A DNA stretch of 64,000 nt from an uncultured Verrucomicrobiae bacterium (GTDB taxonomy: Bacteria > Verrucomicrobiota > Verrucomicrobiia > Chthoniobacterales > UBA10450): positions 20,129-84,128 of the forward strand of contig CAVWVV010000019.1 of NCBI GenBank assembly GCA_963758425.1. The letters run 5' to 3'. The stretch's first letter is position 1; the number at the start of each line of letters is the position of its first letter. A program made the translations under genes and the position numbers. Positions 58,404 to 64,000 of this stretch are shown here, piece by piece. The notes beneath the pieces are model-generated. The model was not told where the DNA came from and made no database searches. It was given only the letters and a program-made list of their open reading frames with translations.

Positions 58404-58414
58404 GCGGTCAACCC

Positions 58415-60127
58415 ATGGTGTTACGGAGCCTGCCAATGAATAGTCGAGTCCGACAGTGGATCGCGATGCCAGGGTGGCTAGCCGCCGGTGGCGCGCTGTT
58501 AGCTGTGTTACTCCTGACACAGATGACAAGCTTGCATCACAAGGGGCTTACTACCGATGAGCCTCTCCACTACGAGTACGGCTATCGCGTGTTGAATGGA
58601 GCTCCGGAGAGAACGAGCGCCTTGAATAGCAGCACCATGCCTTTTTCAAGTGTGCACGCCATGACGAGCATCAATCTGGCCGTCCTTGTCCGAATGGCCG
58701 GACTTCCACTAGATACTTCCTGGTACGGACAAATAACACGTGGGCGGTACGCGACCATTGCGCTTTCGCTATTACTGGCGCTATACGTGTTGAAGTGGAG
58801 TTATGAACTCTATGGTCGTAGCGGGGCTCTTCTCTCGCTGAGTCTTTACGTCTTCGATCCCAATCTGTTGGCACATGGCCAGTTGGTGACGGCTGACTTG
58901 CCGGCCGCCTTGACGACGACCATGGCACTCTACCACTTTTGGCATTTTCTAAAGTTAGGCGGCGAGCGACGAGCTCTTTTTAGCGCGGTGACGCTCGGCT
59001 TAAGCCAACTGGCCAAATACTCGTGCGTTTATCTTTATCCGATCTTTTTGGCCATTGCAGCGATTTATTGTCGGTTTAGGCCAGCAACTGAAGGGGCAAA
59101 GCCTGACCCATCACACAGCCTGACCTGGAATCTGCGCCACTGGTTCATCGTAATAACGTTCTTCGCTGTGGTGAGTATCGTGACAATTAATCTGGGGTTC
59201 TGCTTCGCTGGAATTGGAACTCCCTTGTCCAGGTATACCTTGAAAGACCCAATCTTCAAAAAACTCCAGGCAACCCCGATCGTCCGCAACCTGCCTCTTC
59301 CACTGCCAGTGCCTTACGTCCAAGGCTTGGACCTGGTGAAGTTCGAGGAGAGGATGGGAGAAGCTTGGGGAAACATTTACATGGCAGGGCGACTTCGAGT
59401 GAATCATCATGACGGGACGCTTCGTGGGTTCCCGGGGTATTACTTCTACGCAGCCTTCTTCAAGGTGCCGATTGCGAAGCAAATCATATTTTTGGTGGCA
59501 TTGGTCGGATACTTTTCAAGCCGTGGCCAGCCAGCGGCGCGAGGACTTCGCCGAGAAGAGATTTTCTTACTCGTTCCAATTCTGGCTTACTGGATCTATT
59601 TCAACTTCTTCTTTAACGCGCAGATCGGCATTCGTCATGTATTGCCTGTATTCGCCCTGGCTACGATCTTTTGCGGAAGATTTTTAGCCGCCCCAGAATC
59701 CAGGCTTCGAAGATATGCCGCGGTAATTCTCGTCATTTGGGCTGCTGCATCGGCTCTCTCATATTATCCGAATTTTATCTCGTATTTTAATGAGTTTGTT
59801 CCAGACAGGAAACTCGCCTACCGACACCTTGCAGACTCGAACTTGGATTGGCGCGGAAACGAACGGTATCTAGCGGAATATATCCGCCGTCATCCTGGAG
59901 TTATCGTAGATCCTCGCAAACCACAGGCAGGTCGAATTGTTGTACCTGTCAACGCCCTGGTTGGAGTCAATCGAAGCCCTGAGGAGTACAGGTGGTTGAG
60001 AGAGCATTTTACTCCGGTGGATCACATTGCCTACTCGTATTTGGTTTATGATGTTCCTAAGGACATGCTTCCTCAAGGTGGCGGCGACTCCAAACGCCCG
60101 AAAGAACTGCCTCCGCGTACAAGGTAG
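58415..60127 (+). CDS. ArnT/PMT-like GT-C glycosyltransferase (GT39/GT83-like)
   Basis: The first periplasmic loop has GLTTDEPLHYEYGY. Multiple TM helices are followed by a C-terminal soluble domain. Confidence 0.6.
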   Translation: MVLRSLPMNSRVRQWIAMPGWLAAGGALLAVLLLTQMTSLHHKGLTTDEPLHYEYGYRVLNGAPERTSALNSSTMPFSSVHAMTSINLAVLVRMAGLPLDTSWYGQITRGRYATIALSLLLALYVLKWSYELYGRSGALLSLSLYVFDPNLLAHGQLVTADLPAALTTTMALYHFWHFLKLGGERRALFSAVTLGLSQLAKYSCVYLYPIFLAIAAIYCRFRPATEGAKPDPSHSLTWNLRHWFIVITFFAVVSIVTINLGFCFAGIGTPLSRYTLKDPIFKKLQATPIVRNLPLPLPVPYVQGLDLVKFEERMGEAWGNIYMAGRLRVNHHDGTLRGFPGYYFYAAFFKVPIAKQIIFLVALVGYFSSRGQPAARGLRREEIFLLVPILAYWIYFNFFFNAQIGIRHVLPVFALATIFCGRFLAAPESRLRRYAAVILVIWAAASALSYYPNFISYFNEFVPDRKLAYRHLADSNLDWRGNERYLAEYIRRHPGVIVDPRKPQAGRIVVPVNALVGVNRSPEEYRWLREHFTPVDHIAYSYLVYDVPKDMLPQGGGDSKRPKELPPRTR

Positions 60128-60210
60128 TAATCATTCACCTGATCGCTTCCCCTTAACGCGTGCACAAATTCGCACAGCTAATCATTTCCCTGCCGATTGT
60201 TGGCTTGCCG

Positions 60211-61272
60211 CTACTTTGGACGAGCACTGACTGCGCGATGAATTTCTTCCAGAATTTCTCGCAAACTGTAGCGAAATTCCCAGGTGGGATAGTGTTTCTG
60301 GAATTTTCCAACGTCGCTGATCCACCAGATGTGGTCGCCGATCCGGTTAGTCTCTTCATAGCTCCACGTTAGTTTGCGCCCACTTATTTCCTCACAAAGG
60401 GCGATCGCTTCTAGCATCGAACAGTTACTGTGCCGGCTGCCGCCGATGTTGTACACTTCTCCGCTGCGCGGCGCGCGAATGAATTCCACGAATGCTTCGA
60501 CCAAATCGAAGCTGTGAATGTTATCACGAACCTGTTTCCCCTTGTAGCCTAACACGCGGTAAGGCCTGCCGCTCACCGTACACATCATCAGGTAAGAAAG
60601 AAAACCGTGCAGCTCAGTGCCCGCGTGCGCCGATCCTGTGAGACAGCCACCGCGAAAAGAAACGGTCGGCATTCCAAAATAACGTCCATACTCCTGCACC
60701 AAAAGATCGGCCGCGGCTTTCGATGCCCCGAAGAGCGAGTGCTTACTGTAATCGATGCTCATGGTTTCCGAAACTCCCTGTTCATACTCATGCCCTGGCT
60801 CGATTTCCCATCGCGTCGGCAATTCTTGCAGTGGCAACTGGTTCGGCGTGTCGCCGTAAACTTTGTTTGTCGAAGTAAAAACGAACGGCGCTTCGGGAGA
60901 GAATGTTCTCGCCGCCTCGAGCAGGTTCAACGTGCCATTTGCATTAACGGTAAAATCGGTTTGAGGATCGCGGGCCGCCCAATCATGTGATGGTTGTGAG
61001 GCCGTATGAACAATCGCATCGATTTTTCCTGAATAACTCTTGAACAGCTCGGCAACTGCGGAAGCATCCCGAATGTCGAGGTTATGATGGTCATAGCCGC
61101 GGACGTTCGCGATCAGATCATCACGCGTCTTCTTCGTCGATGCTTCTGCGCCAAAGAATTGTGCGCGCATGTCGTTGTCGATCCCAACAACATGCGCCCC
61201 CTCTTTTGCGAACCGCTTTACGGTTCCCGAACCAATCAATCCAGCGGATCCGGTGACGATAATTGTGCGCAT
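60211..61272 (-). CDS. NAD-dependent epimerase/dehydratase (extended SDR)
   Basis: [13 protein letters not shown] (Rossmann motif), [11 protein letters not shown] (YxxxK-type region with F in place of Y), long extended-SDR C-terminus. Confidence 0.8.
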   Translation of the reverse strand: MRTIIVTGSAGLIGSGTVKRFAKEGAHVVGIDNDMRAQFFGAEASTKKTRDDLIANVRGYDHHNLDIRDASAVAELFKSYSGKIDAIVHTASQPSHDWAARDPQTDFTVNANGTLNLLEAARTFSPEAPFVFTSTNKVYGDTPNQLPLQELPTRWEIEPGHEYEQGVSETMSIDYSKHSLFGASKAAADLLVQEYGRYFGMPTVSFRGGCLTGSAHAGTELHGFLSYLMMCTVSGRPYRVLGYKGKQVRDNIHSFDLVEAFVEFIRAPRSGEVYNIGGSRHSNCSMLEAIALCEEISGRKLTWSYEETNRIGDHIWWISDVGKFQKHYPTWEFRYSLREILEEIHRAVSARPK

Positions 61273-61340
61273 TTAGTCGACGATAATCACCAAGACGGTT
61301 TTACCTAGGAATCCTGGTCATATCACTCTGTGAAATGTGG

Positions 61341-62114
61341 CTACACAATTAATCCGCCCAATTGTGGACCTGGCCCGCGGCTACGATGGGCGAAAAGGTT
61401 AACATACCAGGAAATATCGTTTCGGACGTCATGTGCATCGAAGGGAACCAAACCAGAGGATTTCACCAGGGTCAGATTCATATTTAAAGCTTGAAGCATC
61501 TCGACAAGTTCTTCCGATCCGACGCCCGCCTGCTTCAAACCAGCAGGCCAAAACTCGAGCAAAAGGTTGATGTCGGAGTTTTCCTGTAGCACGCGCTGCG
61601 CGCCGCGTAACGCATGAAGCTCGTATCCTTGAATATCCATCTTGATCAGGTCAACGCGTTCGCCGGGTTTGAAATAATCGTCGAGCGCGACCATTTCAAT
61701 GGAAATGGCGCGGCGTGAATCGCCATCGGCGCTGTACGTTCTATGATCGACGTTTAGCTTGTCTGAAACATAAAGCTTGCACTCGCCGCTCCGCTCTCCA
61801 ACGGCAGCATGGGTGAGTCGGACATTTGAAAGATCACGTGTGGCAGCAGACAATCGCCTGAAGTTATCCTGAGATGGTTCGAAGGAATGAACCAGGCCGG
61901 TCGGGCCAACACAGCGGGAAAGAAACTCCGAGTAAATTCCAATGTTAGCGCCGACATCTACGACAACAGCGCCTTGAAACAAAATCTTCCTAAGCATCTG
62001 TCGCTCCGCGCGATCAGCGTAGGTCTTGTAGGCGGCGTAAAGCGGCCGATAGATGGGAAAGGCGCGTTCGTAGACCTTATTGGCGGCGCGACGTAGGACT
62101 GAAGTTGTGGACAT
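61341..62114 (-). CDS. FkbM-family methyltransferase
   Basis: VVDVGANIGIYSEFL, VHSFEPSQDNFRRL, IKMDIQGYELHAL. Confidence 0.8.
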   Translation of the reverse strand: MSTTSVLRRAANKVYERAFPIYRPLYAAYKTYADRAERQMLRKILFQGAVVVDVGANIGIYSEFLSRCVGPTGLVHSFEPSQDNFRRLSAATRDLSNVRLTHAAVGERSGECKLYVSDKLNVDHRTYSADGDSRRAISIEMVALDDYFKPGERVDLIKMDIQGYELHALRGAQRVLQENSDINLLLEFWPAGLKQAGVGSEELVEMLQALNMNLTLVKSSGLVPFDAHDVRNDISWYVNLFAHRSRGPGPQLGGLIV

Positions 62115-62246
62115 CAGCTTCAGGTCAGGTTGCTATAAGGAGAGATCCCACAAAAGCCGGAGCGACAGCTCAGTAGATACACTTTAGCCCCCCGCTCAGG
62201 CGCACTCAAACCACGGCCTAGTGATACATCAGGGATAGTTGCATTT

Positions 62247-63815
62247 ATGACAATCAACGTTGGAAAAGATATTAGGAAGCCATACGTTCGTCCAATGCGG
62301 TTTCACTGGAGAGAGATGTTTACGTCAAAGGTGGGCGCGGCGGCGCGCTGGGATCGCTGGGATTTTATTGTTCTCGCCATTGCTGTGTTCACCGCCGCTT
62401 GGGTCTTCGCGCTTAAACTTAAGACATTCTACGATCTCAGCTACTCAGGGGACCTCTTCATGAATACTCAGCTTGCTCGAAGTTGGCTTGAGGGGCGAGG
62501 CTTGCTCCAGGACAACTGGTTTGGGAACTTCCTTACTATTCACACCTACTTTTTGCTTGTCCCGCTCGGACTTATGGCAAAACCATTCGGCGCGCCAGGC
62601 TTGCTATTTGTGCTCGCTGCGTTCGTAGGAGCGACTTACTTCTTGGCAGCGCGTGTAATGCGCCTCCTGGGCGTCGCTGGGCCTGTCGCCGCAATCGCCG
62701 CCGGAGTGCTCCTCGCCTCGCCGCTTTCCGTCGCATTTTACCAGGAGGCGGGCAGTGGGTTCTATGTCGAGACTCTTGCCCTGGCGTTATGTTTAATCCT
62801 GTTCTACTTCCTACTTCAGCGGCGGATGATCGCGTCAATCGTGACGGCCCTGGTTGTCATCAGCGTGAAAGAGGACGCGCCAATAGCCGCAGCTATGGTA
62901 GCGATTGTAGCAGGCGTTGAAACATGGCTTTCTTCACCAGGCAAACCCCGGCGTTATCGTTTCAACTGGCCTGCAGCGATCACACTTATTCTGTCGGCTT
63001 CTGCGATCCCCGTTTTGCTGGCGATTTCCTGGGCGCAGTCGCCGCCGATGTACGCCCATCATTCGTTTGACCGCATCGGTGTCGTGGCGCCGGGAAGCTT
63101 CTCCAGCCCGGGAACGCTTTTCATATTTGTCGCATCCAATATTCCTCATTGGCTTGGCAGCAGTGTTGTCCGTCAATGGCTGTGGGTCATGATCGTCGGC
63201 ACTTTTGGAACAGTCTTGTTGCGTCCGTATTATTTGGTCGTTGGTGTTCCTACAACGGGAGTCGCATGGCTCATGAATCGCAACGATCTCCTGTGGGCGC
63301 CACGATTTTTCCCCGCCGAGGCGCTGCTTTGGTGTATCACGTTGGTAGGTTTTGCTTCGGTTGCACGCGCAGTACCGCGCTCCAGTGAAAGGATGCGGAC
63401 TGCACTGTTTACAACCTCAATTGTAATCGCAGCGTTATCAGTATCTGCACAACTTGCCCTCGTGCCGTGGTTTGCCCGCGGGGCGTACCTTCTTCGGTCG
63501 ACCAGCCATTACTCGTCATCAGAGCGACAAGAGGCTGACGCCGTGTTCGGGCGCTACCGCCGTGAAGGCAAACCGGAGGAACCGGTTGTTGCCTCGTTTT
63601 TTCTTCTTCGCTACGCGCATGACCGAAACCTTTTCTGGCTGACCCAACTGCATGGCCGTCCCGCGCCGATCTGGATCCTTGGCGACAGCGAGGACGTCTA
63701 CGCGCCGCTCAGGATTAGCTCAGACACAATAAACCCGGTGTCTGGGATTCACATCGAAGACTACTCACTACTTGACCGTCGCGGTCGTTTCGTGTTGCTC
63801 AAAAAAAGGGAGTAA
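62247..63815 (+). CDS. polytopic membrane protein (DUF2079-like / putative glycosyltransferase)
   Basis: 522-aa ORF with about 12 hydrophobic helices. The call rests on context in the glycosylation cluster; there is no diagnostic motif. Confidence 0.4.
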   Translation: MTINVGKDIRKPYVRPMRFHWREMFTSKVGAAARWDRWDFIVLAIAVFTAAWVFALKLKTFYDLSYSGDLFMNTQLARSWLEGRGLLQDNWFGNFLTIHTYFLLVPLGLMAKPFGAPGLLFVLAAFVGATYFLAARVMRLLGVAGPVAAIAAGVLLASPLSVAFYQEAGSGFYVETLALALCLILFYFLLQRRMIASIVTALVVISVKEDAPIAAAMVAIVAGVETWLSSPGKPRRYRFNWPAAITLILSASAIPVLLAISWAQSPPMYAHHSFDRIGVVAPGSFSSPGTLFIFVASNIPHWLGSSVVRQWLWVMIVGTFGTVLLRPYYLVVGVPTTGVAWLMNRNDLLWAPRFFPAEALLWCITLVGFASVARAVPRSSERMRTALFTTSIVIAALSVSAQLALVPWFARGAYLLRSTSHYSSSERQEADAVFGRYRREGKPEEPVVASFFLLRYAHDRNLFWLTQLHGRPAPIWILGDSEDVYAPLRISSDTINPVSGIHIEDYSLLDRRGRFVLLKKRE

Positions 63816-64000
63816 CACGTAAGGAAACCGCTTCGTTCCTCACCTGTCGACATCAACGACGTGTCAGGGCTACAGTAAAAAAAGCTGCGCAGAAACCCGG
63901 AAAGCGGCGACTCATGGCGAGATCCACCAAGAATAACCAGCGATAAACAAAATGTGGGATCGGGAGTGTTCGCGAGATTCCTCCCGTAGCCATGTAGGAT

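Overview
This is a 64-kb chromosomal window. The repeat families suggest a PVC-type (Verrucomicrobia/Planctomycetes-like) or similar environmental bacterium, but that is inference only. I found no rRNA, tRNA or CRISPR array.

Conserved genes:
- Core genes: gatC-gatA, an rlmI-like methyltransferase, purC, a sulfatase, three methyltransferases, mdh, a sufE-like gene, carB, a cyclophilin, aguB and a DAACS symporter.
- A contiguous phosphate/polyphosphate block: phoB-phoR, pstSCAB-phoU, ppk, a ROK kinase and sixA.
- A roughly 17-kb envelope glycosylation/methylation cluster (47-64 kb): YfhO-like and GT-C membrane proteins, a GT2, two epimerases and methyltransferases.

Observations worth a second look:
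1. carB is interrupted in its oligomerisation-domain linker by a REP-flanked RAYT (Y1 HUH transposase) unit. The unit is bounded by 13-mer direct repeats exactly 690 nt apart and reads in frame with the CarB C-terminal half.
2. A roughly 14.6-kb accessory island (18.0-32.6 kb) lies between intact aguB and a decayed second copy of the aguB 3' end.
   - Intact ORFs: a TIR-domain protein with a small overlapping partner, a 484-aa ORF with weak amidase-like motifs, and a divergent LuxR-type regulator.
   - Fragmented genes: an FAD amine oxidase, an HExxH metallopeptidase-like gene, and several acidic proteins that share an ESPF-type motif.
3. A 1-kb cassette (33.0-34.0 kb) encodes a SLATT/DUF4231-like 2TM protein and a second small membrane protein. 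It is bracketed by duplicated copies of the symporter 5' end.
4. There are several repeat and mobile-element families:
   - two REP families;
   - a 276-bp palindromic MITE-like element;
   - inverted 7-nt arrays filling the rlmI/purC intergenic region;
   - a four-helix-bundle ('23S IVS protein') cassette.

Caveat: isolated frameshifts in otherwise conserved genes sit at short homopolymers. Some frame breaks may therefore be assembly indels rather than biology.
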